From Atlanticothrix silvestris CENA357 (GTDB taxonomy: Bacteria; Cyanobacteriota; Cyanobacteriia; Cyanobacteriales; Nostocaceae): a stretch of DNA of 64,000 nt. Below the pieces are notes generated by a model. It saw only the letters and a list, made by a program, of their open reading frames with translations. It was not told the DNA's origin and ran no database searches. The stretch spans positions 46,275 through 110,274 of the forward strand of contig NZ_JAECZB010000024.1 in the NCBI RefSeq assembly GCF_016056295.1. The letters run 5' to 3'. Both the position numbers and the translations under genes were made by a program. Positions 1 to 8,906 of the stretch are shown one piece after another (within the stretch, counting starts at the first letter, position 1; the number at the start of each line of letters is the position of its first letter).

Positions 1-324
1 ATGTAAGGATGTTCTTGCCCAAGTGCATAGCTATTCGCTTGGGGGTTTTGCTCAACAAAAAGTGCTGGTTCTGGGTAAATGTCCAAATCCCGCACGCATT
101 CTCGAAAAATCTGGTAAATAGTGGAATATTGGCGTGGCCCGACTTGGATGGTGTTGCCCATTAGATAAACTAACTGAGGGCGTTCGGCGAAAAACTCCAC
201 GAATTTACGAGCTAAGAAATCAAATCCTGGCAAATTTCGTAAAGCTTCCTCGGCTTGGCGATCCAGTGGATGCCTAAAGGCTTCGCTGGAAATTCCTGTG
301 TAAGTTGGCATAATTTAGATAATT

Positions 325-445
325 GGTTAGTGGTCAGTGGTCAGTGGTCAGTGGTCAATGGTTAGTGGTCAATGGTTAGTGGTTAGTGGTGAGTAAAAAA
401 TAACTAACATAACAACTAACAACTGACAACTAACAACCGACAACA
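325..445. repeat. STRR-type tandem heptamer array (GGTCAGT/GGTTAGT x ~9) followed by the reverse-complement array (CAACTGA/CAACTAA x ~5); folds as a long imperfect hairpin
   Basis: Direct reading: ggttagtggtcagtggtcagtggtcagtggtcaatggttagtgg ... aactaacataacaactaacaactgacaactaacaaccgacaac. Confidence 0.8.
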
Positions 446-500
446 TAATAGAAATGGGGCTATTGGAAGTAAAAGTCACTTTTTATGGGATTAAAAGCTT

Positions 501-2084
501 GTGATTGAGGCAGAAGTCCATTTGTCACTACATAACTTCCTGCGATCGCAGGAGGGGTTCCCTTCCTGGCCCCATCATTTGACGATGGCCCGGTTGGTAG
601 CACGCGCCTTGCGCCTAGGACGTAGTGCCTTAATTCAAGTTGGGGCAGTTTGTGGCTATCAAGGGCGATATCGCACTAGTTTTGTAGCATCAGCGTTGAT
701 GTGGCAAGGTTCTGTAATTATTGTTACTCCTGAAGCAGTACAGCAACGTTTGTTGCAAGTAGAAATTCCCCGGCTACAGCAGTGGCTACAAGTCAATAAA
801 CCAATCAGAACAGGTGACGCTTGGCCGGGTTCTGAGTTCCAAGGACTATTCCTGATTTCCCCTGAGGCTTGGTTAAAAGGGCAACTCATATCTTCTGATT
901 ATTTTCCTCCAGCTATTCCTACTATTATTGATGGGGTAGACGATCTAGAAAGTTGGGTACGTCGTCAGCTGACTAAAGATATTCAACCCCATGATTGGGA
1001 TCAACTCATGCTAGCTTGTCCCCAGCAAGCTGAGGCAATTCGCTCTGCACGGGTACAACTCACAAAAGAACTGTTCCAGCATCCTGCTAATCCCTATGAG
1101 TGCTATTTGATTTCTCAGCCAGAAACAGAAATTCTTAACCGTCTTTATTCAATCTTAAAAACAGCCGATAATATACCTGATAACTGGCAACAGTTCTGGC
1201 AGCAATTTGAATATATTTCTTCCCCTGCCTCCTCTACCCCCCCTGCTTCTCTTTCCTTCCCTGCCTCCCCTGCTCTCTTCTGGGGAACCATTTCCCGTCG
1301 CCAAGGTTTATTTTCTTTGCATTACGCCCCACTAGAATTAGGAAAAATACTTGCACCTATTTGGCAAAGACAACCTGTAGTGTTAGTTGGTAGCGCTTTG
1401 GAAACAGAGACTGAGGCTCCGCTGTTTCGTCAGCGTTTGGGATTAGATGATGTCACTTGTTTAAAATTTTCTTCTGATAGTCAAGCAGAAGCAGTTCAAT
1501 TATATTTGCCCCATAAGTTACCCTTACCCAACACACCAGAATTTCAAGCAGCATTTATTCACCAAGTCCGTACACTACTTTGTCTTAGTGCTACAGCACC
1601 AGGATTAATTGTTGTACTAGTGGGGGATGTACCGCTGAAAGCCCAGGTTGGGGCGATTTTGGCTTCTGAGTTTGGTTCACGGGTGCAGGTGGAAAAAACT
1701 TGTTTGGATGAGAATGGTATTTTGATCAGTGGTTGGGAATTTTGGCGGGAGCATCAAACAGTTTTGCCTGCACCTCATTTGTTAATTATTGCTACCTTGC
1801 CTTTACCATCTTTAGAAAATCCTCTTGTGGCTGGTAGAGTCGCTCACTATAAGCGATCGCATCAAGACTGGTTTCGTTTATTTTTGTTACCAGCTGCTTT
1901 GAATGAATTGCAGCGAGCGATCGCTCCTGTACGAGAAAGTCAAGGTATCATTGCTTTACTCGATAGTCGTGTAATTAACCGTAGCTATGGCGCGCAAATC
2001 CTTGCTGCTCTCAGTCCTTTGGCACGGATTAATTATCTTGATCCGAGTTTATTTTCCCATGCTGGTGAAGAAAATTCTGCTTAG
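501..2084 (+). CDS. Conserved hypothetical protein, possibly a degenerate DinG/Rad3-like helicase-related protein; no Walker A or DEAH motif visible
   Basis: Long ORF (527 aa) with coding-like composition and HIP1 sites in frame. No GKT/S or DEAH motif found on reading. A Pro/Ser-rich low-complexity linker is present near residue 240. Confidence 0.4.
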   Translation: MIEAEVHLSLHNFLRSQEGFPSWPHHLTMARLVARALRLGRSALIQVGAVCGYQGRYRTSFVASALMWQGSVIIVTPEAVQQRLLQVEIPRLQQWLQVNKPIRTGDAWPGSEFQGLFLISPEAWLKGQLISSDYFPPAIPTIIDGVDDLESWVRRQLTKDIQPHDWDQLMLACPQQAEAIRSARVQLTKELFQHPANPYECYLISQPETEILNRLYSILKTADNIPDNWQQFWQQFEYISSPASSTPPASLSFPASPALFWGTISRRQGLFSLHYAPLELGKILAPIWQRQPVVLVGSALETETEAPLFRQRLGLDDVTCLKFSSDSQAEAVQLYLPHKLPLPNTPEFQAAFIHQVRTLLCLSATAPGLIVVLVGDVPLKAQVGAILASEFGSRVQVEKTCLDENGILISGWEFWREHQTVLPAPHLLIIATLPLPSLENPLVAGRVAHYKRSHQDWFRLFLLPAALNELQRAIAPVRESQGIIALLDSRVINRSYGAQILAALSPLARINYLDPSLFSHAGEENSA

Positions 2085-2291
2085 TTAAAGAGCAAAAATT
2101 CTTGATCTTTGACTATTTACGTTTTGTCAACCACAGTGCGATCGCTTCCTACCAGACGCTATTATCAGTTTATTCATAAATTCTCAGCTTTATAAGCTAT
2201 CAGAATTTTATTTACACTTTTGGTGTAATTGACTTGACTACCAGTGCCATCTTAGAACTTGAGTTGAATTTTTAATTTTGAATTGCTGATT

Positions 2292-2504
2292 ATGGGTGAA
2301 GCAAAGCGTCGGAAAACCACACTCCAAGAAAAATACGGGCAAGAAACTCGAATCTTGCCTTGGGTTCCCATCACTAAAAACCAAGCTGAACTATTTGTTG
2401 CTTGGACTACTCGTGGTGCTTGGATAGGTATCGGTATTATGGTTGCAGCTTGGGTAACTATCCGTTTTATTGGCCCGGCTTTTGGTTGGTGGCAAGTAGT
2501 ATAG
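2292..2504 (+). CDS. Small conserved cyanobacterial membrane protein (MGEAKRRK... N-terminus, one C-terminal TM; DUF2839-like)
   Basis: ORF 2283..2504; the ATG at 2292 gives MGEAKRRKTTLQEKYGQ, typical of this small-protein family. Hydrophobic C-terminal segment IGIGIMVAAWVTIRFIGPAFGWW. Confidence 0.5.
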   Translation: MGEAKRRKTTLQEKYGQETRILPWVPITKNQAELFVAWTTRGAWIGIGIMVAAWVTIRFIGPAFGWWQVV

Positions 2505-2806
2505 GAGGCAACAGGCTTAAAAGTCTCTAGGTATAAGGATTTTAGATTTAGTCTATATCCTAATTTGCCTGACAGCTGCCATATCTTAAAATTTTCAACG
2601 GTTTGTAAAAATTTATATCTTGAGTATGGGCTGTTCGGATAATAACGCCTAATGTATGCTCCGTACCCAAAGAAATAGATTTTGAATATCTAAGAAATTA
2701 AGTATTAGCTCAGCAAGCTAGTTCTGATATGGATGGTTATAGATTATCCAGCGGATGAATTAAGAGTATATGCAATAAGAGTAAAAGCGTACAAATTTTG
2801 CAAGTA

Positions 2807-2941
2807 ATGCGATGTGCAACTTTATCTCAAACCTAACCCCCAGCCCTTTCCCTACTAGGGAAAAGGAGTAAAATTCAAAGCCTCTCCCCGAAGCGGAGAG
2901 AGGTTTGGAGAGGGGTTTTAAAAACAAATCGCACATCGCGT
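2807..2941. repeat. About 135-bp structured element bounded by a 9-bp terminal inverted repeat (GCGATGTGC / GCACATCGC) that encloses two internal hairpins; MITE-like or small structured RNA
   Basis: Direct reading. Terminal IR at 2808-2816 and 2930-2938. Internal hairpins ccctttccctactagggaaaagg and cctctccccgaagcggagagagg. Sits in a 1.5 kb ORF-free AT-rich region. Confidence 0.35.
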
Positions 2942-4022
2942 AAAGTAATCTATGTCAACTTGCGATCAATTTTTGAACAATCTCAACCTAACCTCGAAAA
3001 AATCTACGTATGAGATAGCTTATTTCGTGCATCTGTCTTTAAACATATTTTGAGTAAAATATCGAAATCTCATATATTTATCCCGATTTTGGAGTTTGCT
3101 CTATTCAATTTGTTATTTCTAACTTTCGTTAGAGTGACAAAGTTTTAGTCTCAAATACTATTGGTTAAATGAGTTTTGTAGAAACTAGGTTTTCCTCCCT
3201 TTTGAAAATTCAAAACTGAAAATTTACATCATAATACGTTCTACTCAAAATTGATTTTTTGGCTTTTGTATAACTGTGTTTGAAAATTATACGAAATGTT
3301 TTCAGATTTTAGGCAACTCTTTTAGCACAGTTTCCCAAAATTGAAAAATATTGCCGTAATGGCAACATGGTATTTCTAAGTTTAGTTATTCTCAGTGTTG
3401 AACCTATAGATGATTGAGATTATAAATTTAGCACTGCTACCTAAATAACTACGGAGTATAAAAAGTTATTAAAAGGCAGTTAATAACCCTGAATCTCAAA
3501 TCTCAAATTTGCACTATTATCTACCAAACTTCATAGATCTAAAATTGCTTGACTTAGCACACTCAACTCTTGGATTAAGATCGACTTATCTACGAAGACA
3601 CATAAGTTCATTCACTAGACAAAGGACATAAAAAATACTGAAGAGTTATCAAAACCTTTGACAGTAATGAGGTTTGCTGTACACATTCAGATAAAAAAAT
3701 AGATCCGTAGCCTTTCTATGGTTGAATGATGTCAAATTTGGGTTACTCTTAAAGCGGATCGATCTAACTCAGCATCTACTCAGACGGAATCGTATAAATA
3801 AAATATTAAATTTAGAAATTCTGTCTGATAAACCGAATCTGCAAACTGAATAGTTTGATACGGCAAGCTAAACAGTTATTCGCTACCCTAAGCAAGGAAG
3901 TCAATTAATTGACTCTATCAATGTCTGGTAATTGTAATGGATAGTTTACAATACCAGTGGGTGAGAAAATCTAAAGAAAATATAAAAGAAACTGACATGA
4001 CTGTGGTGTCTGGAGGGCAAAC

Positions 4023-4364
4023 GTGTTTCTAAGACTAGCGCATCAACACCGACAATTCGTTCAAGACTTGGTAATGAACCTGCAAGCCTTAGCAATTGTC
4101 TTAGAACGGCGCGGGTATCCTGCGTCCTGTTATACGTGTGGCGACCAAATGAATAGTGCTTCGTTTATGGTCAGCTTGGGAGATAATCACCTGATTCGGT
4201 TCTTAGTATCCGATTATGGAATTACTTGGACTGAGATGCGGGATGACCGTGAACTCATGAAGTTGGAAGGTGCAGAGGCAATTAACCAGTTACAGGAACT
4301 GGCTAATCTTGTCAAAGAGTTTGCACCAGCCTCTTCAGGTAATAAAGCTCTAGCTAAGAAGTGA
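4023..4364 (+). CDS. Hypothetical protein (GTG start; true start may be internal Met)
   Basis: 113-aa ORF with reasonable amino-acid composition; no recognisable domain. Confidence 0.35.
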   Translation: MFLRLAHQHRQFVQDLVMNLQALAIVLERRGYPASCYTCGDQMNSASFMVSLGDNHLIRFLVSDYGITWTEMRDDRELMKLEGAEAINQLQELANLVKEFAPASSGNKALAKK

Positions 4365-4948
4365 TAAGGATTCCTGTATCTGATGGGTTACATCAAAAAA
4401 GGTTCCGATAGTCGATCTCGAATTGGAAATCGATTGTTGGTAATTGCTAATAGGTAATTGCGGCCGTGTTTATGAGCGCCCGTTACCTATTTGCCATTAC
4501 CGTTATATCTGAGTTAGTAGTTATTGCTTTCGGTTTGCTTATTTGGACATAACAAAGTAAAGGCGCATCGGCATATTTTAGACTTGAGTACAGGGTGGTA
4601 AATTGGGGAAAAGAATTCTAGCAAGAGAATCAAGGGCGCATTGTCGGCTTCATGTTCTTACTTTTATGGGTGTTTATTCTTCTGGGGTTTGTCGTCCGAC
4701 AAGCTCCACAGACATCTCAACAATAGCAATCAATTAAAATAATTATGGTTTAAAAGTAAACCAAATTTGCTTGAGCAATCACTCAATTTTTTAGAATAGG
4801 GGCAATTTTTTTAAGTTTTTAATTCAGCGATCGCCACGTTGAAAAACTACTGTTTGGTGTAATCGAATTTTATATGTATTGTGGCGATCGCAGCAGCGCA
4901 GAATTCAGTATTAAAATTCCCCAATAGCTTTCGCCTGTAGCAACATCT

Positions 4949-5536
4949 TTATTGAGCCTTACATAGCACTTGCCGCATTTTCCGCATATTCGCAGGCAAC
5001 TCAAAGTTCATCGCTTGTTGAATGAAAATAGAAGGTATAGGGATATTAGGCGTAGCTTGCACGTTATAAGCTAATAAAGTACCGTTACCACAATCTTTTA
5101 GCTCTAAATTGGCTGTAAAATCGAGAAAGTTTCCCTTTTCCATCTTAAATTGAATTTTTTGCCCTACAACTTCCACAACGTTAAGATAAATTTCAACTTG
5201 AGCCGTGAAAAACAAAAAAGCTTTTTGTGCTACTTGATACAAACGCTTAACTTCGCCTTTATACAAAACTTCGCTTTTGTTGATGTCAGGAAAATATTGT
5301 ACCCAACGAGGGTAATCGGTTAATTGCTGCCATACCTGCGATCGCACTAATGGTAAATACATGCAGGCAGTAACAGCACCGCCCCAGGCTGTATGCGATT
5401 GCGTTTGCACCAAAATTTCACCCTGTATCAGCAATCTTTGTTTTTCATTGCTCGAAGCCATATCTGAACCTGTAATAATTGAGTCTAAGATATGAGACGC
5501 AGACATACGATTTGTATTACTCCTCAAATTACCCAC
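4949..5536 (-). CDS. SRPBCC (START/Bet v1-like, polyketide-cyclase-type) family protein; start probably at an internal Met
   Basis: 195-aa ORF. Length and alternating beta-strand-like pattern fit the SRPBCC fold; the call rests on overall resemblance only. Confidence 0.4.
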   Translation of the reverse strand: MGNLRSNTNRMSASHILDSIITGSDMASSNEKQRLLIQGEILVQTQSHTAWGGAVTACMYLPLVRSQVWQQLTDYPRWVQYFPDINKSEVLYKGEVKRLYQVAQKAFLFFTAQVEIYLNVVEVVGQKIQFKMEKGNFLDFTANLELKDCGNGTLLAYNVQATPNIPIPSIFIQQAMNFELPANMRKMRQVLCKAQ

Positions 5537-5966
5537 CTTCTAAGGTTGAGACTCCAAACTATCAAAATAAGTTCGAGTCTAGCCAACTAAATATTAATTC
5601 CAGTTTCACATCCAAATTTCCTGGAATTAATCATTTTCAGGTCATTATTCAGGCCTTCTACTTAAAGAAACTGTATTTAAAATTACATTTAATTAAAAAT
5701 ATATGCAAGTGGCTTTTAATATAGCACCACTTCATAAATGAAAAATCGAGTTGATAACAGCTAGAATGGCACAAATGTAATCTCAGATGCAAGTTGCAAT
5801 TAAGCCTAGATATTCACATCAGGTGAGAGTTCTGGAGAGTTTTTTCCTAGCAATACACCTGTAGTTAGCAACTCTTTATATTTGAGTTATGTTAATCATT
5901 GAACACTAGCTTGATCTTGTCAACATATCGATTAGTAGTACATTTTGAGTTAGAGAGGTAATTAAG

Positions 5967-6161
5967 ATGAGACAATCTTCCTTAAATCGTTTACTGATGC
6001 AAGCTTTTGGTGTATTTCTGGGTATTGGCATAGCAGTCTGGGTACTCAGGGGTTTTGGCATTCTCACGTTTATTCCAGGTGGAATTATTTGGCTATTTTT
6101 ATTAGGAGCGATCGCTATCGGGATCATCAATTATGCCCAAAGAACTTGGTGGCGTTTCTAA
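5967..6161 (+). CDS. Small membrane protein with two TM helices
   Basis: 64 aa with two strongly hydrophobic segments (GVFLGIGIAVWVL and IIWLFLLGAIAIGII). GAGAGG Shine-Dalgarno-like sequence 8 nt upstream. The overlapping minus-strand ORF looks like noise. Confidence 0.4.
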   Translation: MRQSSLNRLLMQAFGVFLGIGIAVWVLRGFGILTFIPGGIIWLFLLGAIAIGIINYAQRTWWRF

Positions 6162-6385
6162 AATTGTTCTCAGTGATTTTGTTACACAGAGATAAAATTA
6201 CTACTTAAAGGCACACCACTAAATTTATGCGACATATCTTCCCAAAAAGATAAAATTTCAAGGATATTTAGCTACATCAAACCTTTATACAATAACCTCT
6301 ATTGATAAATTTATGAGTGTATCAATTATCACTCATCGTTCAAAGTATGTAGAGCAATAGCAATAACTGATCAGGAGAAAAAATC

Positions 6386-6550
6386 ATGGAACTTTATGTG
6401 TGTACAGTCTGCGGCTATGAATATGATCCAGAAGTAGGCGATCCAGATGGCGGTATAGCTCCAGGAACGCCCTTTGAAGAGATACCAGAAGATTGGGTAT
6501 GTCCAGTTTGCGGCGCAACAAAAGATGAATTTGAACCAGCAGATATGTGA
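6386..6550 (+). CDS. rub: Rubredoxin (54 aa; below the 60-aa cutoff of the ORF track)
   Basis: Translation is [54 protein letters not shown]. It carries the two canonical CxxCG / CPxCG iron-binding knuckles and the rubredoxin YxYD and PxxW motifs. AGGAGA RBS 9 nt upstream. Confidence 0.88.
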   Translation: MELYVCTVCGYEYDPEVGDPDGGIAPGTPFEEIPEDWVCPVCGATKDEFEPADM

Positions 6551-6686
6551 AGATAACAATATAATTCGTAATTCGTAATACTCGCCCTTGGCGAGAAGTA
6601 AGCCACGTAATTAAATTTTTGTAAGATTTTCAGACATTTGGAATAGTTGGTTTGCTTACACCGTGAGAGACTAGCCTAGAAAGTAG

Positions 6687-7949
6687 GTGCTATACAAAGA
6701 GACATTTTTGAAATTGCTACCGTTACAGATTGTAGTTATTGGAGGTGGGGCTGCGGGATTTTTCGGTGCGATCGCTTGCGCTGAATCCAATCTTTATGCC
6801 CAAGTTACTTTACTCGAAGCTGGCCGTCAACCGCTGGCCAAAGTTCGTATTTCTGGTGGAGGACGCTGCAACGTCACTCATGCTTGCTTTGAAGCAGGTG
6901 AATTGGTACAAAATTATCCCAGAGGCGGAAAAGCTCTCCAGGGTGCTTTCACGCGCTTTCAACCCCAAGACACAATAGCTTGGTTTGCGGATCACGCAGT
7001 CAATTTAAAAACTGAAGCAGATGGACGGATGTTTCCGATTACAGATAGTTCCGAAACAATTGTGAACTGTCTGATGAATGCGGCAAAAGTATCGGAGGTA
7101 GAAGTTTGTACGGGAACATCTGTTGTTGCAGTCAAACGACTACCCAGTAATGAATTTGAGATACTTTTGAAGTCGGGAGAAATAAAGAAGTGTGATCGCT
7201 TGCTCTTGGCAACGGGAAGCAGCCCTGTAGGTTATAAAATAGCTCAGGAGTTTGGCCATCAAATTGAACCGCCTGTCCCCTCACTATTTACCTTCAACAT
7301 TTGCGATCCTCATCTTAGGGCTTTAGCTGGAATTAGCGTTAACTCTGTGCAATTACGTTTATCTGTTGGTGGAAAGCCCCAAATAGCCCAAACAGGGCCA
7401 TTACTCATTACTCACTGGGGTTTGAGTGGCCCGGCTGTTTTAAAGCTTTCGGCTTGGGGTGCAAGACTTTTGCATGAAAGCCGCTATCAAGCCACATTGT
7501 TAGTCAATTGGCTACCGCATTTACAACAAGAACAGGTACGACAAAAAATCTTAGCAGTTAAAACTGAATGGGCTAATAAAGCGATCGCATTGCATCGTGG
7601 AGTTGATCTACCTCACCGCCTTTGGCAATATATTATTGCTCGTGCAGATATTACTACAGAAGACCGCTGGGCAGGAATCTCTAACAAAACGTTAAATCAA
7701 TTAGTGCAAGAACTTACACAGGGACAATATTTAATTACTGGTAAGGGAGTTTTTAAAGAAGAATTTGTCACCTGTGGTGGTGTCAGCCTCAAAGAAGTCA
7801 ACTTCAAGACAATGGAAAGTAAATTAGTTCCGGGACTTTACTTTGCTGGAGAAATCTTGGATATTGATGGCATTACTGGTGGATTTAACTTCCAGAGCGC
7901 TTGGACAACAGCTTATTTAGCTGGTAATGCAATGGGAACTAATTCGTAA
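6687..7949 (+). CDS. HI0933/BaiN-like NAD(P)/FAD-dependent flavoprotein (aminoacetone-oxidase family FAD-binding enzyme)
   Basis: N-terminal Rossmann dinucleotide motif VVIGGGAAGFFGA. GGGRCNVTH motif typical of the HI0933 family. C-terminal GEILDIDGITGGFNFQ. Confidence 0.8.
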   Translation: MLYKETFLKLLPLQIVVIGGGAAGFFGAIACAESNLYAQVTLLEAGRQPLAKVRISGGGRCNVTHACFEAGELVQNYPRGGKALQGAFTRFQPQDTIAWFADHAVNLKTEADGRMFPITDSSETIVNCLMNAAKVSEVEVCTGTSVVAVKRLPSNEFEILLKSGEIKKCDRLLLATGSSPVGYKIAQEFGHQIEPPVPSLFTFNICDPHLRALAGISVNSVQLRLSVGGKPQIAQTGPLLITHWGLSGPAVLKLSAWGARLLHESRYQATLLVNWLPHLQQEQVRQKILAVKTEWANKAIALHRGVDLPHRLWQYIIARADITTEDRWAGISNKTLNQLVQELTQGQYLITGKGVFKEEFVTCGGVSLKEVNFKTMESKLVPGLYFAGEILDIDGITGGFNFQSAWTTAYLAGNAMGTNS

Positions 7950-8074
7950 TAGTTACGACGCGATCGCCTCGCACTTTGGCAAAGCGTTAGAATTTGCAAG
8001 AGCGATCGCTCTCAAAACCCAACACACCCCGAATATAATAAGTAGGTCGGCGTAAATAATTATTGTTGGGATAA

Positions 8075-8110
8075 GGCAGGGAGCAGGGAGCAGAGAGCAG
8101 GGGGAGAAAG
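8075..8110. repeat. STRR-type heptamer repeat (GCAGGGA x4-5)
   Basis: ggcagggagcagggagcagagagcagggggag. Confidence 0.7.
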
Positions 8111-8254
8111 AGTTTGAGCCTTATTTACTTTTATTCACACAGTTTGGTTTTATTGCACTGACTTAACTTAATTTTTAGGTTGGGTTGAGGAACAAAACTC
8201 AATATAATATCGCCCTATTTCGTTGCCTTTCACTCTCTTGTAAAGCATAAATCC

Positions 8255-8875
8255 ATGATTTCAGCTACTACTAATACAGGTTCTCTTAGCTTTGAGGCAT
8301 TCGTAGCTGCCTATCTGGAGGATGTACGCTACGAGTTAATTGATGGAGAACTAATTGACTTGGAACCTACTGGACTCCATGAACAGGTTACTGGCCTAAT
8401 TAATCGTAAGCTGAATGTGGCAATTGACCTGCTAGATTTGCCTTGGTTTATTCCAATGAAATGTCTGATTAAACCATTAGGTTTAAATTCGGCTTTTAGA
8501 CCTGATGTTGTAATTCTTGATCGTACTGCTTTGGCGAATGAGCCATTATGGCAAAATGAGCCAGTAATTACGCTAAGTAACTCTGTTAAATTAGTAGTTG
8601 AAGTTGTCAGTACCAATTGGCAAAATGACTATGCCCGTAAAGTAGAAGATTACGAAGTACTTGGCATTCGGGAGTATTGGATTGCAGATTATTTAGGGCT
8701 AGGAGGGAAACGTTACATTGGCTCATCTAAACAACCTGTGATGACAATTTATCATTTAGTAGATAGCGTTTATCAAATACAGCAGTTTAGGGGAACCGAC
8801 CAAATTATCTCCCCAACTTTTCCAAATTTAAATTTAACTGCTGAACAGATATTTGCTGCTAGTCGTATTTATTGA
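8255..8875 (+). CDS. Uma2 family (DUF820) putative restriction-endonuclease-fold protein
   Basis: The N-terminal YELIDGELID motif and the EVVSxxxxxDY / EYWIADY core are characteristic of the Uma2/DUF820 PD-(D/E)xK family, which is abundant in cyanobacteria. Confidence 0.75.
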   Translation: MISATTNTGSLSFEAFVAAYLEDVRYELIDGELIDLEPTGLHEQVTGLINRKLNVAIDLLDLPWFIPMKCLIKPLGLNSAFRPDVVILDRTALANEPLWQNEPVITLSNSVKLVVEVVSTNWQNDYARKVEDYEVLGIREYWIADYLGLGGKRYIGSSKQPVMTIYHLVDSVYQIQQFRGTDQIISPTFPNLNLTAEQIFAASRIY

Positions 8876-8906
8876 AGAATACAGAATCTAGTGGGTGGCT
8901 TATTGG

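Noticed and set aside
5906-6130. Minus-strand 74-aa ORF overlapping the small two-TM membrane protein gene
   Set aside because: Pro/Ile-rich with no start context. The plus-strand ORF has an RBS and a coherent two-helix hydropathy pattern.
6371-6606. Two minus-strand ORFs (62 and 63 aa) overlapping the rubredoxin locus
   Set aside because: The plus-strand frame encodes an unmistakable rubredoxin with both CxxCG motifs. The minus-strand products are Trp/Phe/Ser-rich noise.
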